Assembly (NCBI GenBank): GCA_038150225.1
Contig: JAYQWG010000006.1
Coordinates: 1,092-65,091 of the forward strand
DNA: 64,000 nucleotides
Origin: Chloroflexota bacterium
Lineage (GTDB): Bacteria > Chloroflexota > Dehalococcoidia > Lucifugimonadales > Lucifugimonadaceae
Direction of reading: 5' to 3'
Below are positions 19,498 through 28,826 of this stretch, in pieces. Made by a program: the position numbers and the translations under genes. Numbering within the stretch: the stretch's first letter is position 1; every line of letters begins with the position of its first letter. The notes under the pieces were generated by a model. The model saw only the letters and a program-made list of their open reading frames with translations. It was not told the origin of the DNA and ran no database searches.

Positions 19498-20520
19498 CTA
19501 CGATTTCACCGCTTCATACGGTCGAGGGTTGTTGTGCATCTGGGGTTTCCACGGCGCGGTCTCCCACAACTCGTCCCCAATCCTGGTTGCTTCCTCTATT
19601 GCCTCTGCTGGAACGTCTTCACCCCACGCCGAAAGATTCTGATTCAACTGGTCAGTTGTACGAGCACCGACTATGCAGACGGATACTGCTGGATGTGAAC
19701 GAACCCACTTTAACGCTAATGCCATAGGGGAGACCGAATATTTCTCGGTCAAGCCTATGAATTGCTCCATGGCGTTGAATGAAAAGTCGTTCCAGTATGT
19801 ACTCTTGTAGAAGTTGGCGGCACGGAAGTCACTTGAAAACCGACCGCCGGAATCCATTTCTTCCTTGTACTGACGATGCTTGCCGAGCAAGAAACCTCCT
19901 GCCTGAGGGGAGTAGGCCATCACGCCGACACCTTGATCGAGGCAAACAGGGAACAACTCTCGCTCGGGTTCCCTGTAAAGCAAGTTGTAGCGAGGTTGTA
20001 CTGAGCTGAACTTGGTAAATCCGTTCCTGTCCTGAGCCCAAAGAGCCTCGACCAGTTCAGGCCCGGAAAAATTTGAGACCCCGATATATCGAGCTTTACC
20101 CGCTCGCACCACGTCGTTGTACGCCTCAACGGTTTCTTCAATTGGAGTTTCAGGGTCGGGCGAATGGATTTGGTACAGATCCACGTAGTCGGTCCCGAGA
20201 CGCTTCAGTGAGTCGTCGATCGCCTGATGGACATACTTTTTGTTCACTCCGACATCGTTTGGAAACGGACCAATCTGACTTTTACCCTTCGTCGCAAGAA
20301 CTACTTCCGACCGGCGAGTCTTGATAAATCGCCCTACGTTTTCTTCGCTGCGTCCGTCTGTGTACGAGTTTGCCGTGTCAATGAAATTGACACCAGCCTC
20401 GAAAGCTTCGTTCATGATTCGAAGGGAATCTTCAGGCGATGTTTGACCACCGAAATTATCCGATCCGATGCAGTACTCCGAAACCTTGAGACCTGTGCTT
20501 CCCAGCCTTACGTATTCCAT
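19498..20520 (-). CDS. Aldo/keto reductase
   Basis: Contains MEYVRLGSTGLKVSEYCIG, FIDTANSY (catalytic Asp/Tyr region), LATK and GVSNF. Confidence 0.88.
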   Translation of the reverse strand: MEYVRLGSTGLKVSEYCIGSDNFGGQTSPEDSLRIMNEAFEAGVNFIDTANSYTDGRSEENVGRFIKTRRSEVVLATKGKSQIGPFPNDVGVNKKYVHQAIDDSLKRLGTDYVDLYQIHSPDPETPIEETVEAYNDVVRAGKARYIGVSNFSGPELVEALWAQDRNGFTKFSSVQPRYNLLYREPERELFPVCLDQGVGVMAYSPQAGGFLLGKHRQYKEEMDSGGRFSSDFRAANFYKSTYWNDFSFNAMEQFIGLTEKYSVSPMALALKWVRSHPAVSVCIVGARTTDQLNQNLSAWGEDVPAEAIEEATRIGDELWETAPWKPQMHNNPRPYEAVKS

Positions 20521-20549
20521 GTTGAGATGATTCCTCGGTTCCTAGATTG

Positions 20550-21602
20550 CTATCGGCTCGCCGCTGCCCTTGGAAGAGTTCCAAAAGCATCGCCCGATTT
20601 CGGTGGGTAAACCATTGGGGCTTGGGACTCGAACTCGTCAGCGAGTTCCCTAACTTCAGCCATTGCTTCCGGTGGTGCTGACTCGGACCACGCATCGAGA
20701 ACACCTTCGACCTGGTCAACTCGACGAGCTCCAAAGATTGGCGAAGTAACGCCAGGGAATTCAGAGACCCATTGCAACGCAAGACGCACTGGGGGTTGAT
20801 CGTATTTCTCAGCGACTGCCACGAATTTGTCGACCGTATCGAACATCGGGGTGTTGAAGTACCTCGACTTCAGTCCGCCGCCCTTTGAATCATCCCGAAG
20901 GTCGAACTTGGAACCGGACAAGGCTTTACCGTCTCGCCCCTGTTTTCCGGTCAACATGCCGCTTGCAAGTGGGGAGTAAGGGATGACTGCAACATCGTGC
21001 TTCTTAGCGAACGGAACCATCTCGCGGCCCAGTCCGGGCTGAAGAATATTGAACACGCTCTGGATCGCCTCGAACCGGTACAGGTTGCGAACGTCGGACA
21101 GCCACAACGATTTTCCAAAAATCCAGGTCGGGAAGTTGGAAACACCGGCATAGACGATCTTGCCCTGGTGAATCAGGTCATCAACAGCGCGAAGAGTTTC
21201 TTCGATTGGAGTTTCTGCATCCCACGAATGGCAGTAAAGCAGATCAATTCGATCAGTTCGAAGACGTCGTAGTGATTCCTCCACAGCGCGAACGATGTGA
21301 TATCGGGAGGCACCAATGTCGTTGACTCCAACTCCAACTTTAGAACGGTACTTGGTCGCGAGGACAACCTGATTCCTTCGTCCAGATTCGTGAAGGTAGT
21401 TGCCGATCATCGCCTCTGAACGACCTTCGTTATACGAATCGGACGTATCAACAAAGTTGATTCCACCATCGAGAGCTGTTCCAAGTATTTGGTGAGCAGT
21501 TGGCTCGTCACAACCGTACTGGTTGCCGTAGTTGTCTGTGCCAAGACAAATATTGGAGACCTTGGTGCCGGTGCGTCCGAGTTTTACGTATTCGATAGGA
21601 AT
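20550..21602 (-). CDS. Aldo/keto reductase; conserved N-terminus requires a non-canonical ATT start
   Basis: The ORF track starts at ATG 21410. The same frame stays open upstream and encodes IPIEYVKLGRTGTKVSNICLGTDNYGN...FVDTSDSYNEGRSEAM, which covers the AKR N-terminus and the catalytic Asp/Tyr. There is no ATG, GTG or TTG in that stretch. AAGGAG lies 7 nt upstream of ATT 21602..21600. Confidence 0.7.
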   Translation of the reverse strand: MPIEYVKLGRTGTKVSNICLGTDNYGNQYGCDEPTAHQILGTALDGGINFVDTSDSYNEGRSEAMIGNYLHESGRRNQVVLATKYRSKVGVGVNDIGASRYHIVRAVEESLRRLRTDRIDLLYCHSWDAETPIEETLRAVDDLIHQGKIVYAGVSNFPTWIFGKSLWLSDVRNLYRFEAIQSVFNILQPGLGREMVPFAKKHDVAVIPYSPLASGMLTGKQGRDGKALSGSKFDLRDDSKGGGLKSRYFNTPMFDTVDKFVAVAEKYDQPPVRLALQWVSEFPGVTSPIFGARRVDQVEGVLDAWSESAPPEAMAEVRELADEFESQAPMVYPPKSGDAFGTLPRAAASR

Positions 21603-21647
21603 TGTCGTTCTCCTTGCAGGCTCGTTTGGCGATGAGCGCAGAAATGA

Positions 21648-22700
21648 TTAGTGCTTCAATTCAACCCATCGGTTTTCTGCGACCGACTGGTAGGCAGCAT
21701 CGACGATTTGGGCGGCTTTCATCCCGTCGTAGAAGCTGGTCTCGATAAGTGACTGGTCGTTGGCGAGTACAGCGTCCGCAAACTTTTTGTATGGCTGGAT
21801 GTATGGCTCACCAGGGTCTAACTGAACCATAGGGCCGTTGGGGCCGGTGACGCCCTGGATTCCATAACGCCCATCGGTCGTTATTCGACCGTGTTCACCG
21901 GAAATCTCAACTCTGGCTGAGGTTTTTCCGTCTGGCTCAGTGCCTCGTGATGCGAACGAGGTGTGGACGACCGCATAGCCACCGTTCACCCATTCGCATA
22001 AGAAACCGGAGGAGTCGGGAACATCGACATCAATACCTTCAGGATTGTCTTTGGTTGGTCGATGGGACGAAGTGGTGTCGAATGTAGCCACCACTCGGCT
22101 AATTTCACCGTTGATGAATCGCAGCATGTCGAATGCATGGATTAGCTCGTAAACGGAACCACCACCGTTTTCGGATCGGAATCTCCAGGTTAACGTCTCA
22201 GGCCGGGCATCGAACTGGTGTGACATGCCCCACCAGATATTTGCGTGGAAAATTCTGCCGACAAAATCATTGTCGAGATAACGTCGAATTCGTCCGATTG
22301 TCGTGTTGCCGCGCTGATTGAAGTTTGTCGAGTGAATTAGCCCTGCAGACTCAGCAGCCTCGAGCATTTCCTGGGCGTCTTCTGCTGTCAACGCCAACGG
22401 CTTGTCGCACAGTACGTGCTTGCCCGCTTCAACCGAGTCGAGTGTCAGTTGTTTGTGTGATCCAGTCGGAGTGATTATGTCCACCGCGTCGAGATCGCTC
22501 ATTTCGAGCATCTTCTTGTGATCGGTGAACGAGTTTGGAATCTCCCATCTCTGGGTGAACTCGGCTAGAGCCGATTCATCTCGCCTCATCGCCGCTACTA
22601 CTTCTACGTTGTCGAACTGCGAAAAATGGTCCATATGGGTGTTCGCAAACGAACCCGCGCCAATAACTCCGATCCTGACTTTTCCGTCTGCTGAAGGCAA
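21648..22700 (-). CDS. Gfo/Idh/MocA-family NAD(P)-dependent oxidoreductase
   Basis: VRIGVIGAGSFANTHM Rossmann start and a DKP motif are present. TTG 22700 (AAGAGG 9 nt upstream) is preferred. The maximal ORF starts at GTG 22757. Confidence 0.8.
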   Translation of the reverse strand: MPSADGKVRIGVIGAGSFANTHMDHFSQFDNVEVVAAMRRDESALAEFTQRWEIPNSFTDHKKMLEMSDLDAVDIITPTGSHKQLTLDSVEAGKHVLCDKPLALTAEDAQEMLEAAESAGLIHSTNFNQRGNTTIGRIRRYLDNDFVGRIFHANIWWGMSHQFDARPETLTWRFRSENGGGSVYELIHAFDMLRFINGEISRVVATFDTTSSHRPTKDNPEGIDVDVPDSSGFLCEWVNGGYAVVHTSFASRGTEPDGKTSARVEISGEHGRITTDGRYGIQGVTGPNGPMVQLDPGEPYIQPYKKFADAVLANDQSLIETSFYDGMKAAQIVDAAYQSVAENRWVELKH

Positions 22701-22842
22701 CTCGAAATTCCTCTTTCTGGATGTGTGACTGGCGCAGTAAATGGAGTGTTCCAGCACCGCTTGAAATGGGCTGCTAAGTCTAACTTAGTCGACCGGTCAT
22801 TTGGACGAGAAAAGCGATAAAGCTGAGTGGTTCAACAGGTGC

Positions 22843-24336
22843 TTATTGCCAGTCGGTGGTCCCAGTAGGGCGGAACGAGTGCGGTGTGATGCCGTATGCC
22901 TCACCGTGAACCGCACCACCAGGGAACACTTTTCCGGGATTGAACCGTTCTGAAAGCGATGGGACTTCGATTGGCGCGTTGTCTGTTGATTCACCTATGA
23001 ACGCAGTTCGCAGTCTGCTCATGGATTCGAGGTCTTCCTGTGAGAAGACAAGGGGCATGTAAGCCTGTTTCTCTATGCCAATGCCGTGTTCGCCGGATAA
23101 CGCACCGCCAGCGGCAACACATGCTTCAAGAATTTTGGCTCCAGCCAGGATCGCCTGTTTCACTTCTTCGGGATTGCGCTCGTTGAACAAGATCGCTGGA
23201 TGGATATTTCCGTCACCTGCATGGAACACGTTGGCGACTGTTACGTCGAGCTCCGCAGCTATCTGGTCTACCTGTTGCAGCACTTCCCTTAGCTTCGTTC
23301 GAGGCACAACGCCGTCTACGAGGTAGTAGGTAGGAGCAATGGTTCCGTACGCACCGATCGCTCCTTTTCGGGTCTCCCAAAGTTTTGCCCTGGTTTCCTC
23401 ATCATCGGCTTCACGGATTTCCATAGCGCCGTTCTTACGACAAATATCTAGAACAATTTCAGTGTCTTCTTCGACAGCTTCGACGAGACCATCCACTTCG
23501 ACAATCAGCACTGCTTGGGCTTCGTCAGGGTAGCCGGGGTGGTAGAACGGTTCGACCGCGTCGATGGTGTTGCGGTCCATCATTTCCAGCGCTGACGGTA
23601 CAAGCCCGGCGGCAATGATGTCTGAGACCGTCTGGGAGGCCGCGTCCATCGTTCTGAACGCAGCGAGCATGCTGTGAACGGTTTCTGGTTTTGGAAGCAG
23701 GCGGACGGCAATCTTCGTAACGATGCCAAGTGTGCCTTCAGACCCTACAAACGCACCACGTAAGTCGTAGCCCACCGATTCACGCTGAGCCCCGCCGAGC
23801 CATGCGATTGAACCATCGGCAAGAACCACTTCAAGACCAAGCACGTGGTTGGTTGTGACTCCAAGTGCCAAACAGTGCGGACCACCGGCGTTCTCACCTA
23901 TGTTTCCGCCAATCGTGCAAGTCTTCTGACTTGCGGGGTCCGGTGCGTAAAACAACCCTAGATGGCTAACCTGTTCTGATAGCTTGAGGTTGATCATTCC
24001 GGGTTCAACTATGGCAATTCGATTCTTCGCATCGACCTCGACCATTCGAGTAAGTCGAGTAAGTGCGATAACGACCGAATTACGTAGAGGTACTGCACCA
24101 CCTGAAAGGCTTGTACCCGCTCCTCGTGCCACGATATAGGCACCGTGACGATTGGCGATTTTTATGACCTCAGAAACTTCCTCAGCAGAATCAGGGAGGA
24201 CCACGGCTCTTGGTGTGGCTTTATCGATCGAACCGTCGTATTCGTAGACGAGAAGGTCTTCCGGCTTCCAAATGACATACTTGTCACCGACGACACTGGA
24301 AAGTTCGTTTACGAGAGCGGAGTTCACTGCGGTCAT
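22843..24336 (-). CDS. glcD: FAD-linked oxidase, GlcD-like (glycolate / D-2-hydroxyacid oxidase catalytic subunit)
   Basis: FAD-binding domain (RGAGTSLSGGAVP) with a C-terminal FAD-oxidase domain (GEHGIGIEK). I start at ATG 24336 (MTAVNSALV) rather than 24384. Confidence 0.75.
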   Translation of the reverse strand: MTAVNSALVNELSSVVGDKYVIWKPEDLLVYEYDGSIDKATPRAVVLPDSAEEVSEVIKIANRHGAYIVARGAGTSLSGGAVPLRNSVVIALTRLTRMVEVDAKNRIAIVEPGMINLKLSEQVSHLGLFYAPDPASQKTCTIGGNIGENAGGPHCLALGVTTNHVLGLEVVLADGSIAWLGGAQRESVGYDLRGAFVGSEGTLGIVTKIAVRLLPKPETVHSMLAAFRTMDAASQTVSDIIAAGLVPSALEMMDRNTIDAVEPFYHPGYPDEAQAVLIVEVDGLVEAVEEDTEIVLDICRKNGAMEIREADDEETRAKLWETRKGAIGAYGTIAPTYYLVDGVVPRTKLREVLQQVDQIAAELDVTVANVFHAGDGNIHPAILFNERNPEEVKQAILAGAKILEACVAAGGALSGEHGIGIEKQAYMPLVFSQEDLESMSRLRTAFIGESTDNAPIEVPSLSERFNPGKVFPGGAVHGEAYGITPHSFRPTGTTDWQ

Positions 24337-24364
24337 AGATGAATTCTCGCGCAAAGACCTGACT

Positions 24365-25774
24365 TTAGAAGACTGTTCCAACACCTGTTACGTTGCGAAC
24401 TATTTCGCGGTCTTCCTGGTCTCGCATGATCTTCGCCGTGAGTTCATCCGGATCTCCCCATTGCTCGAGAAGAATTCCCAATAGTCGCTCCTGCACTTCG
24501 GCAACCTCGGGCGTATTGGCGAGATTATTGAACTCACCCGGATCGTTATCAAGGTCGTATACCTCAAGTTCAACCGGATCGCCGTGACCGTAGCAGAGCT
24601 TCCACTTGCCAGACCTGACCATGCCCATCGCTCGGTCTGTTCCATGAGCGAAATGTTCTGAGATAGCGACGTCGTTGAGTTCCGAGGTATCGCCATTTAG
24701 GGCAGGGATGAGCGATTGTCCGTCAAGATTCCACTTCGATAGATCGATTCCGGCAAGATCAAGAATGGTTGCAACTGCGTCTACGTTTGAAACAGCTTGC
24801 CCTACGCGGGTTCCAGCGGCGAAATTACCTGGCCACGCGATTTGAAGCGGAACGTTCGCAGATTGTTCGTAGAAACACATTTTTCGCCACAGCCCGTGTT
24901 CGCCAAGCATGTCGCCGTGATCTGAGGTGTGAACAATTACCGTGTTTTCGGCGAGTCCTTGCTCTTCGAGCGTGTCGATCAATCGACCGATTTTGTCGTC
25001 GAGATATGTACACAAACCGAAGTAAGCTGCTCGTGCTCTCGCGACTTCGTCATCCGTCCAATCACCATCCAATCCGAACATTTTCCTGAGCCTTTGGGCT
25101 GAAGGCGGTAGGTTATCCAAATGGCCCTCAGGCAACGTCGGCATGTCGTAGTTGTCCGGGTAGTACATGTCGAAGTACTTATCGGGCACTATGAACGGAA
25201 AGTGTGGAGCAATGAATCCCACACACATTGCCCATGGCTGTTTATGTCGCGCCGGGTCAGACAGGTATTCAAGTGCAGCCAACTCCATGGCGTCATCGGC
25301 TTCGATCATTGGGCTCACACCTGGATCCGCTTCACGAACGCCGTACCAGGGTTCATCTGCCTGTGGGATGCCGTCTGACCACCTGTAATGACCGAGTGGT
25401 TCCTCAATGTGCGGGTCTCGTGATATTTGCCTGTTGAATCCATGGAGCGGGTCGGGACCTACCAGGTGCATCTTTCCATTTAGAACGGTGTCATACCCTT
25501 CGTTTCGGAGCAGGTACGGCCAGGTCAAACGATCCACCGGCACAGGCTTGGAGTTGTCCCAAATTTCGGCAGTGGAAACGTATTGCCCGGTCATGAACGA
25601 AGCCCGCGATGGGATGCAAAGCGGGGAGTTGCAGTAATTGGCGTCGAAGGTGACTCCCATTTCAGCCAGTCGATCCATATTGGGGGTCTTGATGATCGAG
25701 TGACCGTACGTCGACGAGAATTGAGCGCCGTGCTCGTCAGACATGATTACAAGGAAGTTCGGTTTGTCGGCCAA
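24365..25774 (-). CDS. Formylglycine-dependent sulfatase, cytoplasmic (choline-sulfatase-like architecture)
   Basis: N-terminus PNFLVIMSDEHG and sulfatase signature SPLCIPSRASFMTG (CxPxR). No signal peptide. Confidence 0.85.
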   Translation of the reverse strand: MADKPNFLVIMSDEHGAQFSSTYGHSIIKTPNMDRLAEMGVTFDANYCNSPLCIPSRASFMTGQYVSTAEIWDNSKPVPVDRLTWPYLLRNEGYDTVLNGKMHLVGPDPLHGFNRQISRDPHIEEPLGHYRWSDGIPQADEPWYGVREADPGVSPMIEADDAMELAALEYLSDPARHKQPWAMCVGFIAPHFPFIVPDKYFDMYYPDNYDMPTLPEGHLDNLPPSAQRLRKMFGLDGDWTDDEVARARAAYFGLCTYLDDKIGRLIDTLEEQGLAENTVIVHTSDHGDMLGEHGLWRKMCFYEQSANVPLQIAWPGNFAAGTRVGQAVSNVDAVATILDLAGIDLSKWNLDGQSLIPALNGDTSELNDVAISEHFAHGTDRAMGMVRSGKWKLCYGHGDPVELEVYDLDNDPGEFNNLANTPEVAEVQERLLGILLEQWGDPDELTAKIMRDQEDREIVRNVTGVGTVF

Positions 25775-25817
25775 TTTGCTGCTTTGCTCCAGTTGGTTTG
25801 ATTAGGGATGAATTCGA

Positions 25818-26939
25818 TTACGGCGTGACGATCGCTCGCGTGACTTCGCTTCCGCGTTCACGACCAAGCCACTCGGCGGTCTTGAACGCTTCATCGATCT
25901 TGTCGAGAGGGAATTCGTGAGAAATCACATCCATCAGTGGGTACTTGTCACGAGTTCGCTCAAGGAAATCGATCGCGTTCGGGATGATCCATGGGTCATA
26001 GTGCTGGATGCCATATATTCGAGTCTGATTTGAAACCACAGTGGACATATCTATCTTTGCCCACGAGTTCGGGGAGATGTGCCCAACCTCAAGGTAGGTT
26101 CCACGCATGCGAACCATTTTGAGCCCTTCCTCGACAACAGCAGGGAACCCGACCACTTCGATCACTTTATCGGCGCCAATTCCGTCAGTAAGTTCCATCA
26201 CACGGTCAATACGAGACTCCGGTGTGTCGTATTCATTGATGTCGATGGTATGAGTTGCACCGCACTGCAAAGCAAGGTCGAGTCTAGGCTTCTGACCATC
26301 AATAACGATTACCTTGGAAGCTCCAAGCTCTTTTGCGACAGCAGTGGCATTGACCCCGAGCCCACCTGCGCCTTGAACAACAATATTGTCACCGAGCTTT
26401 ACGCCGCCAAGGTGGAGTGCTTCGTATACCTGCGCTAGTGCACAGTTGACAGGTGCCGCCGCTGCGTTCGACATAGTGTCAGGAAGTTTGAATATATAGT
26501 GAGGACTGCGAAGGTAGTAGTACTGTGCGAAACCGCCGTTGCAGTACGGGAATTCGTCCAACGGCTTTCGACCGAGGCGGAACTTGCAGGCACCAAACTC
26601 ACCGCGCAGGCAGTTGTAGCAGCGAGCGCATGGGAAGAAGTAAGAGAACGCCACTCTGTCTCCCTCTTTGAGGGGGCGGCGCAGCGAATCGGTCGTGATT
26701 TTAGAACCCATTGCTGCCACTTCACCCATCATCTCGTGTCCGAACACGAACGGATCTCTAGGCGGCGCATCCTTGGGGATTCCATCACCGCGCCATATGT
26801 GGAGATCGGATCCACAGACGCTCGTTGCACGAACTCGTACCTGGACGGCGTCCGCTTCCAGTGGTGGGAGAGGCAGTTCGCGCATTTCCCAAGATTGGTC
26901 TGAGTCGTGCCAGACTGCAGATGTTCCCATTTCTGCCAT
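25818..26939 (-). CDS. Zinc-binding dehydrogenase (MDR family)
   Basis: Contains CGSDLH, GHEMMGEV and a Cys cluster CARCYNCLRGEFGAC, plus VVQGAGGLGVNA. Confidence 0.8.
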   Translation of the reverse strand: MAEMGTSAVWHDSDQSWEMRELPLPPLEADAVQVRVRATSVCGSDLHIWRGDGIPKDAPPRDPFVFGHEMMGEVAAMGSKITTDSLRRPLKEGDRVAFSYFFPCARCYNCLRGEFGACKFRLGRKPLDEFPYCNGGFAQYYYLRSPHYIFKLPDTMSNAAAAPVNCALAQVYEALHLGGVKLGDNIVVQGAGGLGVNATAVAKELGASKVIVIDGQKPRLDLALQCGATHTIDINEYDTPESRIDRVMELTDGIGADKVIEVVGFPAVVEEGLKMVRMRGTYLEVGHISPNSWAKIDMSTVVSNQTRIYGIQHYDPWIIPNAIDFLERTRDKYPLMDVISHEFPLDKIDEAFKTAEWLGRERGSEVTRAIVTP

Positions 26940-27115
26940 TTGTAGCTCCAGTATTCGGTGAAAATTCCCGAAGAAATTCGTCAGAAATTTCTCCGCTGCA
27001 CAGTGTTGGCAGATAACTTATTCCTACACAGTTCAACTCACAAGTGAATTTCGTGCAAATATGGGATTCAGTCGGTTTTCCATTTCCAACCTGAACCAAC
27101 TCACGGCACCTAAAT

Positions 27116-28804
27116 ATGATCACTGACAACTGGCGCAAAAAAGCAGGCACGACCTTTAGTACCCAGAAGCGACCGGCGACTGGTTCGAAAGGCATGGTGG
27201 TGACGAATCACCCGTTGGGTTCTGCGGCAGGTTCAGAAATGTTGCTAGCCGGCGGGAACGCCGTCGATGCAGCAATCGCTGCACTGTTCGCACTTACGGT
27301 TGTTGAACCAATGATGGTCGGAATTTTCGGTGCTGGGCACATGAACGTGCGTCTGGCGTCGGGTGAACAGCATCTTTTAGACGGGTATTCAACCGCTCCG
27401 GCGGCCTCAACTGAGGATATGTACACGCCTGTCGCTGACTCAGGACCGGATTATCTGAAATCTGAGAACGATTTGAGTTCACTCGGCTATTTGTCTGTTG
27501 GCGTACCAGGAACCTTGAAGGCTTGGACGCAGGCACTCGAGCGGTGGGGAACGATGTCGCTGAGTGAGGTTATGGAACCCGCAATTCGATTCGCAACGCG
27601 TGGATTCAAGGCGACCGATTATCTCCACGACTGTGTTGAGCAGTCGGCACTACAGATATCTCAATTTTCGGAAACGGCAAAGGTATTTATGCCGGGCGGT
27701 GAAGCCATAAAAGCTGGTGAGCATGTCGACCGCTCGGACTACGCTCATACGCTGCGTTCAATATCTGATGCAGGACCCGGGCATCTTTACGACGGTCCGC
27801 TAGGGCAAGTCATATGCGATTTCCTCGCTCGCAACGGTGGGATCATCACGCCTAAAGATCTGGCCGATTACGAAACTGTCCTGAGGAAACCGGTCAACGG
27901 TACTTACCGTGGGTACGAAATATTCGGACCTGCTCCGCCTTCAGCTGGTGGTGTACATGTCGTTGAAATCCTGAATATGTTGGAAGAGTTCGACATCAGC
28001 GATATGGGATTTGGGACTCCTGCCACTATTCATTTGATGGCGGAGGCAATGAAAAAGGCGTTCGCCGACCGAAACGTCTATACCGGGGATCCGGCGTTCG
28101 TCGAGGTTCCTGTCGATCGATTGATCGCCAAGCATCACATTGAAGATTTCGTCGATGGATTCGACTCTGAACAAGCAACTCCTGAGATCAACCAGGGTTC
28201 AAGAGAACCGAATCACACCACTCACCTGACTGTTGCCGATACTGATGGCAACGTTGTGTCCGCAACCCAGACGATCAATGAATTGTTCGGTTCTAAGGTG
28301 ATGGTGCCGGGCACAGGAATCTTGCTGAACAATACGCAACAAATGTTTGATCCTCACCCTGGCAATACCCTCTCAGTTCAGCCGGGCAAGCGGGTGACGA
28401 GCAGCATGGCGCCTACGATTGTGACTAGAGAAGGTCAACCCGAATTCGCTCTCGGATTACCCGGGGGAGTGAGAATCTTCACTTCGGTGGCTCAAGCGAT
28501 CGTGAACATGATTGATCATCGTATGACTGCCCAAGAAGCGGTAGAAGCCCCACGGATCTGGACGCAAGGACAGGATGTCGAGATCGAGGTAGGTATTAGC
28601 GATGACGTTCGTGACGCCGTAGCTGCCAAAGGTCATCGTGTGACACCTGTAAACACGGTCGGTGGGGGCATGAACGTTGTGAAATTCGAAGCCGGGGCAA
28701 CTCTTAGCGGTGCTGCTTGCTGGAGAGCTGACGGTCACGCAGTAGGAATCGGTGGTGGTTACGCTGAACCTGGTATCAGGTTCAGGCCGGTCGTGTCTGC
28801 CTAA
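27116..28804 (+). CDS. ggt: Gamma-glutamyltransferase family protein
   Basis: Contains GGNAVDAAIA, the autoprocessing/nucleophile region NHTTHLTVADTDGNVVS and GGxxI motifs. No obvious signal peptide. ATG 27194 is an alternative start. Confidence 0.85.
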   Translation: MITDNWRKKAGTTFSTQKRPATGSKGMVVTNHPLGSAAGSEMLLAGGNAVDAAIAALFALTVVEPMMVGIFGAGHMNVRLASGEQHLLDGYSTAPAASTEDMYTPVADSGPDYLKSENDLSSLGYLSVGVPGTLKAWTQALERWGTMSLSEVMEPAIRFATRGFKATDYLHDCVEQSALQISQFSETAKVFMPGGEAIKAGEHVDRSDYAHTLRSISDAGPGHLYDGPLGQVICDFLARNGGIITPKDLADYETVLRKPVNGTYRGYEIFGPAPPSAGGVHVVEILNMLEEFDISDMGFGTPATIHLMAEAMKKAFADRNVYTGDPAFVEVPVDRLIAKHHIEDFVDGFDSEQATPEINQGSREPNHTTHLTVADTDGNVVSATQTINELFGSKVMVPGTGILLNNTQQMFDPHPGNTLSVQPGKRVTSSMAPTIVTREGQPEFALGLPGGVRIFTSVAQAIVNMIDHRMTAQEAVEAPRIWTQGQDVEIEVGISDDVRDAVAAKGHRVTPVNTVGGGMNVVKFEAGATLSGAACWRADGHAVGIGGGYAEPGIRFRPVVSA

Positions 28805-28826
28805 GTTTCCGGAGAATTATTTACGA

